A program made the translations under genes and the position numbers. 31,539 nucleotides of DNA from a virus (taxonomy: Duplodnaviria; Heunggongvirae; Uroviricota; Caudoviricetes), in IMG/VR virus record IMGVR_UViG_3300009941_000125, positions 1 through 31,539 of that record; one strand, written 5' to 3'. Below the pieces are notes generated by a model that had not been told where the DNA came from, ran no database searches, and saw only the letters and a program-made list of their open reading frames with translations. Positions 15,755 through 23,532 of this stretch are shown here, piece by piece (the first letter of the stretch is position 1; every line of letters starts with the position of its first letter).

Positions 15755-18085
15755 CTTTTTATTAAATATTTGATTACTTATTTTTTCAACTTGATTATAC
15801 TCATTTTTTAATTGTTTATTAAGAAAATTATATTCTTTTGCATTTGTTCCTTCTTGAGAATATTCCATTTCTTCTTGTTGAAAATCATCTCTAATATTAC
15901 TTGCGTTTCCAGCTATTTCTATCATTTTATCAATAAGTTTATTTTTTTTAGGAAACGTATTTTTTAATTTTTTAGTAATATTATTAATTTTATCATTATC
16001 CCATTTATCAAATATTTGTGAATAAATAAAATTATCAAATTGTTTTTTAGTTGATTTTTTTTCTTTCTTAGCGTAAGGTTTTTCTTTGATTTGAGCTACT
16101 TTACCAGTTTTAGTAGTTCTTTGATAGGCTTTATGACCGGCAGGTTTTTGTCTAGACTTACAGAAATAAGCAGGTTCACCTTGTCTAACTGGGTTTTCTA
16201 TTCCATATCTTTTTAAAGTATCTCTTTCTGCTTCATGAATATCTGATTCTGGTTCCATTTCTAAAACAGGGGTTTCTTCTCTTTGTCCTGCCCAATAGGG
16301 TTTACCAGCTCTTGTTCTCACGTGTCTTCTTGATTGTTTTTTAGATTTTTCTAGATCATCTAATTGAGTTAGTTTTTCTCTTTTTAACTCTTTCATTTTT
16401 TTTGCTTCTAAAGAGTTTTTTCCATATACTTCTATTGCTTCTTTTAAATTTTTAACTTTTCTTTTCTGTTTATCTTTAGCGCCATGGGTTCTTGCTTTCT
16501 CTAAATCTTCAGGTGTTTCACAACCAGCTACAGACTTTTTAATTAGCTCTCCTGCATGAATCCGTTGCATTTTTCCTGTATGACCTTGTTTAATAAGAAC
16601 TAGTTCAGAGTTTACTGCATCTCTTTCTAATACTCTCCAATCTCCTGAACTTCCAACAACTTGAACAGTATCTCCAAATTTAATTCCTGCTCTTTTCTTT
16701 CTTTTTTGTTTATCTTTAGCACCCTGTACGCGAGATTTCTCTAAATCTTCTGGTTCTTCTTCATAATTATAAGTATCAGTAATTTCTACAACTTCTGGAG
16801 ATGTCAATTCTATTCCCACTCTAGCAGCAAAAGCGGCTACAAAATTTGGACTAATATATTCACTACTTATTCCATCTTTTTCCATTAATCTTTGTACTTC
16901 TATAACTTTATTAGTATTAATAGTTTCAGCGTCTTCTTTAAAGCTTTCAAATTCATCTCTTCTTCTTTCTAATTCTTTTTTAGCTAGTCCTCTAAAAATA
17001 TCAACATATTCTGGTTCATCTTTAGTTACTGGAGATTCAATAATGTCTTTTAATTCATTAAAACTCATTCCTCTAACTTTTGGTAAATTTTCTTCTGTAA
17101 TTGACTCTTGAACAATAGCTTTTGTTCCTTCATCAGCGGGTGTTAACCCAGCAATTCTCTCTTGAATTTCAACAACTTCTTCTGAAGAAAATATTTCTCT
17201 AGCAAATTCTTCTATATCCATTTTTCTAGCGCCACCACCAATATGCCAATCAGTTACTTCTTCCTTTGGTGTGTTTTCTTTATAATCATATATTGTCATT
17301 ATTCCAACTGGAGTATCAAATACCCATTGAGCTTTAACTTTATCATCAGCACTTCCTAGAGTATGCGGTTCTCCCAATAAAGAAACTAATTCGCTATATG
17401 ACATTTCCACTCGACTAACAAAAGATGTTCCTATTGCCTTCCTAGAAGGGACTTTAGTAAGTTGATGTTCTTGTAAAAACGATTTTCCAGTTTCTTTTAG
17501 ATTATTAAATTTTATTTTGCTTTCTTTTTTAGCACCGCTTCCAACACTAATAACTTTTCCACTTCTTAATCGTCTTTGATGCCGTTCAGGTTTCTTTCTA
17601 GATTTTTCAAAATCGTCTTGTAGCATTTCATATCCACTTTTAGCTCCTTGTCTAAGAATTTCTTTTACTTTACCATCAAGTTTATCATAATATTTATGTT
17701 GTGCATCTTCATTGTTTGATATTCCTAGTTTTTCAAAAAACTCTTCTGCGTCTTCACTAATATCAATATTATTAATATCATTCATAACTTCTTTTAAAGA
17801 ATAGCCAGCATTAAATCCATCTGCAACAATATTATCAGTTAAAATACCTGCGATTTGTTTTGCAAATTTGTTAGTCACTTTTTCTTTTAACTCAACTTTT
17901 TTAGTATAAGGTTTTTCTTTAATTTGAGCCACTTTGCCTGTTTTTGTAGTTCTTTGATATGCTTTGTGTCCGGCAGGTTTTTTTCTAGATTTTTCAATTT
18001 CTTCTCTATCAAGGCCTAGACTTTTTTCTAGATCAAAATAGTCTTCTTTTTTAAATTTATCTTCAAATTCAAATTTAAATATCAT
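15749..18085 (-). CDS. Modular 778-aa protein with repeated K-S/K-A sites and basic peptide modules (putative processed head polyprotein)
   Basis: Eight candidate sites: DLEKS, EIEKS, DFEKS, DLEKS, LIKKS, DLEKA, DLEKS, FCKS. Six are followed by one of two basic motif families; distinct small domains lie between them. Confidence 0.8.
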   Translation of the reverse strand: MIFKFEFEDKFKKEDYFDLEKSLGLDREEIEKSRKKPAGHKAYQRTTKTGKVAQIKEKPYTKKVELKEKVTNKFAKQIAGILTDNIVADGFNAGYSLKEVMNDINNIDISEDAEEFFEKLGISNNEDAQHKYYDKLDGKVKEILRQGAKSGYEMLQDDFEKSRKKPERHQRRLRSGKVISVGSGAKKESKIKFNNLKETGKSFLQEHQLTKVPSRKAIGTSFVSRVEMSYSELVSLLGEPHTLGSADDKVKAQWVFDTPVGIMTIYDYKENTPKEEVTDWHIGGGARKMDIEEFAREIFSSEEVVEIQERIAGLTPADEGTKAIVQESITEENLPKVRGMSFNELKDIIESPVTKDEPEYVDIFRGLAKKELERRRDEFESFKEDAETINTNKVIEVQRLMEKDGISSEYISPNFVAAFAARVGIELTSPEVVEITDTYNYEEEPEDLEKSRVQGAKDKQKRKKRAGIKFGDTVQVVGSSGDWRVLERDAVNSELVLIKQGHTGKMQRIHAGELIKKSVAGCETPEDLEKARTHGAKDKQKRKVKNLKEAIEVYGKNSLEAKKMKELKREKLTQLDDLEKSKKQSRRHVRTRAGKPYWAGQREETPVLEMEPESDIHEAERDTLKRYGIENPVRQGEPAYFCKSRQKPAGHKAYQRTTKTGKVAQIKEKPYAKKEKKSTKKQFDNFIYSQIFDKWDNDKINNITKKLKNTFPKKNKLIDKMIEIAGNASNIRDDFQQEEMEYSQEGTNAKEYNFLNKQLKNEYNQVEKISNQIFNKKK
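16073..16159. repeat. 87-bp intragenic repeat, copy 1 (29-aa KSRxKPAGHKAYQRTTKTGKVAQIKEKPY; copy 2 at 17906..17992)
   Basis: Codon-by-codon comparison: 11 differences, 10 synonymous. Confidence 0.9.
17906..17992. repeat. 87-bp intragenic repeat, copy 2
   Basis: See 16073..16159. Confidence 0.9.
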
Positions 18086-18530
18086 CTCGTACTCCTTCTT
18101 GTTGCATTATTTTCTCTTCTTCTTGCAAACCTTCACTTTGTTCTAATATTTTTATCAGAGTGTTAAAAGCAGCACCATAATATTTAAAATCTGGTTCATA
18201 TCCAATTTTTTGCTTATAACTTGTTAGAATAATTTCATATTGAAGTGCTTTATCTTGAATAATAATTCTAACTTCCTCTATTGGATTTTTATATACTTCA
18301 AATTGATCAGCTGCATATTCAACAGCTATTTTGATTCCGTTCAATTCATCAATTTTTTCCTGATCAAATTCAAGTAAGTCTCCACCTAATAAATCAATAG
18401 CTCTTCCAACCTGTTTTGATATAGAGCGTAGAAAGATAATAAATTTACCTCTAGACTCCCAATTAGCAACTTTATAATAGGGGTCCGCAAAGTTAAAATA
18501 TATTGATTTTCCTAAATTTTTTAATACCAT
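18075..18530 (-). CDS. Hypothetical helical protein, 151 aa
   Basis: Fills the gap; overlaps the next gene by 11 nt; no recognisable motif. Confidence 0.75.
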   Translation of the reverse strand: MVLKNLGKSIYFNFADPYYKVANWESRGKFIIFLRSISKQVGRAIDLLGGDLLEFDQEKIDELNGIKIAVEYAADQFEVYKNPIEEVRIIIQDKALQYEIILTSYKQKIGYEPDFKYYGAAFNTLIKILEQSEGLQEEEKIMQQEGVRDDI

Positions 18531-18533
18531 TTG

Positions 18534-18818
18534 TTACCCTGCTTTATATAATTCATATCGTAAATCTCTTACTGTTAATCCTGGGCCATATATTGGGTCT
18601 AAAAACTCAAACCATAAATCATCTGGATTTATTGCTGTGCTTGGTATAGCGGCTTGTACTGCAGCTATCTCTAAATCAACAGTAGTTAATTCTTCTAATG
18701 CAGGAGCCCCACCAAGAACTGCAATATACCATGCTCTTTCTCTATCTAAAAGTGTGCCTGCTACAATGCCACGGTTAATATACCATTGCATTTCATAATC
18801 TTCAAAAGTTTCGCTCAA
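18534..18818 (-). CDS. Small acidic hypothetical protein, 94 aa (TTG start)
   Basis: TTG start overlapping the upstream TGA; AGGAGA RBS; aromatic/acidic composition unlike the Lys-rich neighbours. Confidence 0.7.
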   Translation of the reverse strand: MSETFEDYEMQWYINRGIVAGTLLDRERAWYIAVLGGAPALEELTTVDLEIAAVQAAIPSTAINPDDLWFEFLDPIYGPGLTVRDLRYELYKAG

Positions 18819-19348
18819 AGTAAGTCTCCTCTATTCTTCCAGCCAGCTAATGTAGAACCTAATTTGTTCATTGATAAACCTACTGGAGGATAATAATGCT
18901 CTGCTTTATATGTATAGTCGCCTAAATCTTCAAATGCATCTATACCTTGTTTATCTGGATATATCTGAGTAATCCAAGCTCCATAATCTATTAATAATTC
19001 TGTTGGATAGAATATAGCCCAATGTCCTGAAGGCTGGTCAACTTCTCTAGCATTTTCAGCAGGAACATCTGTATTAGGTGGCTTTAATAAGCCTAATTCT
19101 ATTACATAGTTCCATAAACTTGTTTGTTGCCAAAGATCTGGCATAGGGTCTGTAGTATTTTCTGTTACTTGACTGACTCCACCAACCCAGCCGGTTCCAC
19201 CAACGTTTGATAACCCTTCTCCAGGCACTGCAAATTCTTTTGCTGTCCATTTATTTTCAAACAACCAATCTGATAAATCTGGATGGATTACCGGCGTTCC
19301 ATACCCCGTGATTTTTTCTATTGGAGCCCTTCCGTCAAGATACGCCAT
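18815..19348 (-). CDS. Acidic, Pro/Gly/Trp-rich hypothetical protein, 177 aa
   Basis: Uninterrupted ORF; composition suggests a structural protein; no motif recognised. Confidence 0.75.
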   Translation of the reverse strand: MAYLDGRAPIEKITGYGTPVIHPDLSDWLFENKWTAKEFAVPGEGLSNVGGTGWVGGVSQVTENTTDPMPDLWQQTSLWNYVIELGLLKPPNTDVPAENAREVDQPSGHWAIFYPTELLIDYGAWITQIYPDKQGIDAFEDLGDYTYKAEHYYPPVGLSMNKLGSTLAGWKNRGDLL

Positions 19349-19350
19349 AG

Positions 19351-20190
19351 TTATTTACTTTCTTTTTTCTTTTTCTTCTTGTTCTTAAAACTCCAAGATT
19401 GATTCTTTGTACCCATACCAACACCAACAACTCCTGCACCGCCGTCGCCCGTTGTCATACTCTTTTCACCTTTAATCATATTTAACGCTGTTTGAGTGGG
19501 TTTTTTTGTTACGTGCTTACCAATAAGATACCTTTTAAAAGCTTCTTTTTCTTTATCTGATTTTAAAAACTTTTTTGCAGCTTGATACTTTGATTTCATA
19601 AGCTTTAAAGAATCTTCAACTGGGGCCTCAACTTCTACAGAAGCTTTAGCGCTTTTTTCTGTATAATCTTGACCAAGTTTAGCTTTAACAGCCTTTTCAA
19701 TAACATCAATTAAGTTCTTATCAGATGATTTAATAACAAGACTATAAGATTTCTTTGCTGATTTTCTTATTCCAGGTTTAGGAATGTTATTTTCTTCTTC
19801 TTTAAAATATTCTTTATTCCCAGGTGTCAATTCTTTATCATAAATAATATCTCCAGAAGCTCCCTTGTTTGCTGTCTTGCCTATAGTAGTATCCATATTG
19901 TCGCCAATATCTTCATACTGTTCATCTGTTCCTGCTTGAGGAATTGTTGAAACCTTTTCCCCAATGTCATCCCATTGTTCCTCATTTTTTGGTTGAGGAA
20001 TCTCTTCAATTTTATCCGGCGTAACATCTTCCCATTGAGCTGTACTTCCTGCTTCTTTCTTTGCTTTTTCCCTCACACTTTTAGTTAGAGAACTTATTTT
20101 TGTTTTTACTTCCCCTTCTGCTTTCATTTTAACTAATTCTTTTTTAAAATGTTCTTTTGGGTCTGGTGTACTAAATGAAAAAATTACCAT
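19351..20190 (-). CDS. Hypothetical protein with internal acidic repeats and KS/KA motifs, 279 aa
   Basis: Three Q[WY][ED]D[VI] repeats at 19-20 aa spacing; multiple KS/KA motifs; poly-Lys C-terminus. Confidence 0.8.
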   Translation of the reverse strand: MVIFSFSTPDPKEHFKKELVKMKAEGEVKTKISSLTKSVREKAKKEAGSTAQWEDVTPDKIEEIPQPKNEEQWDDIGEKVSTIPQAGTDEQYEDIGDNMDTTIGKTANKGASGDIIYDKELTPGNKEYFKEEENNIPKPGIRKSAKKSYSLVIKSSDKNLIDVIEKAVKAKLGQDYTEKSAKASVEVEAPVEDSLKLMKSKYQAAKKFLKSDKEKEAFKRYLIGKHVTKKPTQTALNMIKGEKSMTTGDGGAGVVGVGMGTKNQSWSFKNKKKKKKESK

Positions 20191-20442
20191 TTATTCTTCT
20201 ACCTCCTTTATATCTAGAAACATCTGCGCCAATCTTTCGTCAAATTCTTCTTTCGTCATTACTTTGTTTGTGAATTGGTCTATAAAATACATTTTCATAG
20301 CCTTTTCTATTTCTTCTCTTGAAGGGTTATCCCTTGAAGAGAATTTGCTTAAAGCGTCTCTATACGGATTGCCGGATTTACAATTCTTTAAAAACTTTAA
20401 AACCCTACCATCTTTAGAGACAACATAGTGATTTAGTGTCAT
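20191..20442 (-). CDS. Hypothetical protein, 83 aa
   Basis: AAGAGG RBS; MTLNHYVVSKDG leader, then NCKSGNPYRD basic motif. Confidence 0.75.
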   Translation of the reverse strand: MTLNHYVVSKDGRVLKFLKNCKSGNPYRDALSKFSSRDNPSREEIEKAMKMYFIDQFTNKVMTKEEFDERLAQMFLDIKEVEE

Positions 20443-20466
20443 ATTTATTCCTCTTAATAGTTATTA

Positions 20467-20529
20467 TTACTTCAATGCAGAAAGTTCACCAGGGGTGACC
20501 CAGCAATCACTGGTATATGCTCTAATCAC
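20467..20529 (-). CDS. Possible 20-aa mini-ORF MIRAYTSDCWVTPGELSALK (GTG start)
   Basis: GTGA overlap with the upstream stop, AGAGG upstream, ends in tandem TAA codons. Could instead be a structured non-coding spacer. Confidence 0.35.
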   Translation of the reverse strand: MIRAYTSDCWVTPGELSALK

Positions 20530-20933
20530 TTCAAAAGGCCTCTTTCTTTAAGCATATGCCATGTATTACCCATTTCGTACCCTGAATTATCTTTAGGTTG
20601 ATCTTTTTCTACAACTTGTGGGACGAACGTATCTCCAGTTATATTAGGAGTATTTAATAACGGCCCTTGCCTACCAGATTGTTCAAAGGCATGATTATCT
20701 AATTCTGCTCTATCAACTTTTCTATAAGTTATTCCATCAGCATCAACATATCTATCTGGATATGGAGTAGGAACACTTAACGATTCTGGGGTATATAACA
20801 TACCAGAATTCCAAGTCCAATAATCTCTGAAAACTTCTCCATTGTTATAATAGTTTCCTCTTTGAAGAGGATCTAATAGATTTAATGTTTGTTTATATTC
20901 GTCTACGCCCAAACATTCGTAGAAAATAGTCAT
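20526..20933 (-). CDS. Hypothetical protein, 135 aa
   Basis: TAATG-coupled to the upstream gene; Tyr/Trp/Pro-rich; no motif recognised. Confidence 0.75.
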   Translation of the reverse strand: MTIFYECLGVDEYKQTLNLLDPLQRGNYYNNGEVFRDYWTWNSGMLYTPESLSVPTPYPDRYVDADGITYRKVDRAELDNHAFEQSGRQGPLLNTPNITGDTFVPQVVEKDQPKDNSGYEMGNTWHMLKERGLLK

Positions 20934-21784
20934 TACTTACCTACTTTTTCAGGTAAATCCTTTCCCTTAGGGGTTTCTTTTGCCCATTTTTTAGCCATTT
21001 CTGGTTCTTGAGAATACATCCATCTTCGTTGTGCATCACTTTGAAATGGTTTTTCAATTATCTCAAGGTCTTCTTCAGGATAAGTAGTAACATCAGGATC
21101 AACAGTTGGCCATTGAGTTTGCGATTCTTGTTTCCATTTTTTAGTGGCTGCATAATTTTTTTCAATCTTAGTTCCAAATAAAACTTCATTAATCTCTTCT
21201 CTCATATCTGCTAACTCATTTAGATCTCCAACTAAATCAGAAATTCCATCTACGCCTTCTGATTTATATGTGACTCTATAGTGAGCATTAACTTTTTTCA
21301 TCTTCTCTTTAATTACATCAAGTTTTTTCTGTGCATTTTCAGTTAAAGTTTTATATGCTTCAGAATAAAGAGCTTTATATGGAAAACTAGGAATTTCAAC
21401 ATGCACTAAACCCATAACAGCATCACCTGTTTGGATTCTTGATGCATTTAGTCTATTAAATACTGGTTGCAATCTATCGGCAAATTCTCTTCTTGTTTCT
21501 TTCAAAGAAGCTGCTTGTGCTTCTAGTACTTTAATCTTTGCGTCAATGTTAGCTAGTTTACCAAATTCTTTTTTAAAATCTTTTAGCTTAGGTTCATTTG
21601 CGTGAAATGTAATATGCTTCTTACCGCCAGTCATTCTTTCTTCAATAGGAGCAGGAGCTTTACCGGCCCAAAAGACTTTACCTTTTTTAGAGGTTCTTTT
21701 ATGTTTTTTAGGCTTTTTGGCTTTATCTAAAGAGCGAGTAATAACTGTATTTTCGTTTATAATAAAATGTTCTCTTAATGTCAT
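20933..21784 (-). CDS. Modular hypothetical protein, 283 aa (leader, basic module, coiled-coil domain, short C-terminal module)
   Basis: LDKA-KKPKKHKRTSKKGKVFWAG matches a module in the 778-aa protein; C-terminal PFQSDAQRRWMYSQEPEMAKKWAKETPKGKDLPEKV. Confidence 0.8.
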   Translation of the reverse strand: MTLREHFIINENTVITRSLDKAKKPKKHKRTSKKGKVFWAGKAPAPIEERMTGGKKHITFHANEPKLKDFKKEFGKLANIDAKIKVLEAQAASLKETRREFADRLQPVFNRLNASRIQTGDAVMGLVHVEIPSFPYKALYSEAYKTLTENAQKKLDVIKEKMKKVNAHYRVTYKSEGVDGISDLVGDLNELADMREEINEVLFGTKIEKNYAATKKWKQESQTQWPTVDPDVTTYPEEDLEIIEKPFQSDAQRRWMYSQEPEMAKKWAKETPKGKDLPEKVGK

Positions 21785-21792
21785 AATTATTT
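21757..21792. repeat. 36-bp exact direct repeat, copy 2
   Basis: Identical to 15719..15754. Confidence 0.9.
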
Positions 21793-22638
21793 TTTACCTT
21801 GTCTTTTTACTTCTTGTTTTAAATTTTTAAACGAAGAACCTTTAGGTTTATTTTCTAACTCATCTAAAGTATCCCAAATCCTTTTTCGACTAGAAGTTAA
21901 AGGTGATTTTCTTTTATTTTTATCCTTAGCTCCAGTTGTTCTAGCTTTAATAAAAATAGATTTATCTAATAATGTAAATGTTGATTTTTCTTTTTTAGTA
22001 GAAGTTTTATTAGCTTCTCGTTTATCTATTTCTTTTTTATATTCTTTTCCTAACTTAGAATCTGTTCCCCATCTTCCGTCTTGTTTTTCCAAATCGGCAT
22101 ATAATTCTTTTAATTCATTAGTGCTTAACTTCTTTAAATCAACTTGATAATTATTTAATTTCCCTTTATCTCTAAATCTATTTATAATTTTAACAGATTC
22201 TGGATTAACTGTTGTATGAAATTTATAAGATCTCAAAAACTGATTAGCTAAATTTCTATTAACTCCCATTTCTTTTTGTAAAGTTTCTAATATCTGGTCT
22301 TCATCTACTTTAAAATTAATGGGAGACTTATCTTGATTGTGTACTTGATTTACTCCTTTAGTCTTTCTTTTTTTCTTATCTTTAGCACCAGTAGTTCTTG
22401 ATTTTTCTAAATCTTCTGAAATAGATTTTTCGCCACGTTTATATGCCGCTAATTCTTTACTTTGTTCTTTAATTAGCTTATCTAATTTTTTGTCTCTTTT
22501 AGGCATTCTAGCTTGATGTTCTTTTAAAGTATCAATTAGACCTTCATGCTCTTCAACAATTTCTTCTTGTGTAAAAGAGATTGTATCAGATTTTTTAAAA
22601 ATCTTTTCTCCATCTGTTTTATAAATGTTTAATACCAT
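21787..22638 (-). CDS. Modular basic hypothetical protein with two GAKDK modules, 283 aa
   Basis: DLEKS-RTTGAKDKKKRK and FIKA-RTTGAKDKNKRK, the same module as in the 778-aa protein. Confidence 0.8.
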   Translation of the reverse strand: MVLNIYKTDGEKIFKKSDTISFTQEEIVEEHEGLIDTLKEHQARMPKRDKKLDKLIKEQSKELAAYKRGEKSISEDLEKSRTTGAKDKKKRKTKGVNQVHNQDKSPINFKVDEDQILETLQKEMGVNRNLANQFLRSYKFHTTVNPESVKIINRFRDKGKLNNYQVDLKKLSTNELKELYADLEKQDGRWGTDSKLGKEYKKEIDKREANKTSTKKEKSTFTLLDKSIFIKARTTGAKDKNKRKSPLTSSRKRIWDTLDELENKPKGSSFKNLKQEVKRQGKK

Positions 22639-22642
22639 ATTT

Positions 22643-23068
22643 TTATTTTCCTTCTTCTACTAATCTCTCCCAAACATTTCCATATTCATCTTCATAAATA
22701 GCAGGCATTTGTTCTTTAGCAAAATTACTTTTTTTAAATAAGTCTTCCGCTGATATAAAATCTCCAAACTTATAATCCTTTACTGTAGATTTGTTAATGC
22801 CATTCTTTTTCCAATGAAGTCTACGATATTCATCTACTCCAGCTTTTCTGTACTTAGTGACTTCTAGTTTAGGGATTTCTGGAATTGTATAATTATTATC
22901 TTTCTTTTCCATTGAACCTCTCATATACTCCCTTGCTGTATTAATTTGCATTACTTTATCATAAGGAGAGGAGTCTTTGAAATCATCTGCATCGAGCCCA
23001 AGCATTTCTGCTGATAGCTCTACGCGCAATCCTCTCGTAGCCTTATTGAATAAATTATAATTAACCAT
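22643..23068 (-). CDS. Hypothetical protein, 141 aa
   Basis: Fills the gap; FNKA, INKS and FKKS motifs. Confidence 0.75.
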   Translation of the reverse strand: MVNYNLFNKATRGLRVELSAEMLGLDADDFKDSSPYDKVMQINTAREYMRGSMEKKDNNYTIPEIPKLEVTKYRKAGVDEYRRLHWKKNGINKSTVKDYKFGDFISAEDLFKKSNFAKEQMPAIYEDEYGNVWERLVEEGK

Positions 23069-23207
23069 CTTTCGATTCTTCGGTCGGTTTATAATTATCT
23101 TGACGTGTTACTTCTTTAAAATCTTCTGGGGATTTAATTAACTTATCTTCTTGTGATATATCTTTATATATCTTTTCGCCGTCTGTTACAAATGACTTTA
23201 ATGTCAT
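23061..23207 (-). CDS. 48-aa ORF MTLKSFVTDGEKIYKDISQEDKLIKSPEDFKEVTRQDNYKPTEESKDG (not in ORF track)
   Basis: Manual translation; AAAGGAG RBS upstream; fills the gap; shares TDGEKI[YF]K with the N-terminus of 21787..22638. Confidence 0.75.
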   Translation of the reverse strand: MTLKSFVTDGEKIYKDISQEDKLIKSPEDFKEVTRQDNYKPTEESKDG

Positions 23208-23229
23208 ATTTAGTCTCCTTTTTACTTTA

Positions 23230-23496
23230 CTAGAACAATAACTGTAAACAATCTTCTATTTCTTTTTTCATTGCATTACAAACTTCGGCGACCATACTAT
23301 TATAAAGAGATTTTGTGGGTTCTAATCTTGAATCTGATTTATCCCACGAACTTTCTAAAATTGTTAAGCCTTTTCCTTTAAGTTTTGCAAATGCCCTGGT
23401 TGAAATAGATGAAAGCATCTCTACAGCATCTTCTTTAGTTGTTGGTTTATCATATGATTTCTTTGATCTATTTTCATCAACTATGTGAGCTATCAT
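23230..23496 (-). CDS. Hypothetical protein, 88 aa
   Basis: GGAGGAAGG RBS; helical; ends in TAG TAA. Confidence 0.7.
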   Translation of the reverse strand: MIAHIVDENRSKKSYDKPTTKEDAVEMLSSISTRAFAKLKGKGLTILESSWDKSDSRLEPTKSLYNSMVAEVCNAMKKEIEDCLQLLF

Positions 23497-23532
23497 CTTA
23501 CCTTCCTCCTATTCTTTACGATTTAATTTATA

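Noticed and set aside
20443-20525. Possible tRNA in the GC-richer spacer
   Set aside because: Only two short hairpins; no 7-bp acceptor stem, T-loop consensus or cloverleaf on either strand.
15749-22638. Repeats as a CRISPR array
   Set aside because: Repeats are in-frame coding modules with synonymous divergence and irregular spacing; no cas genes.
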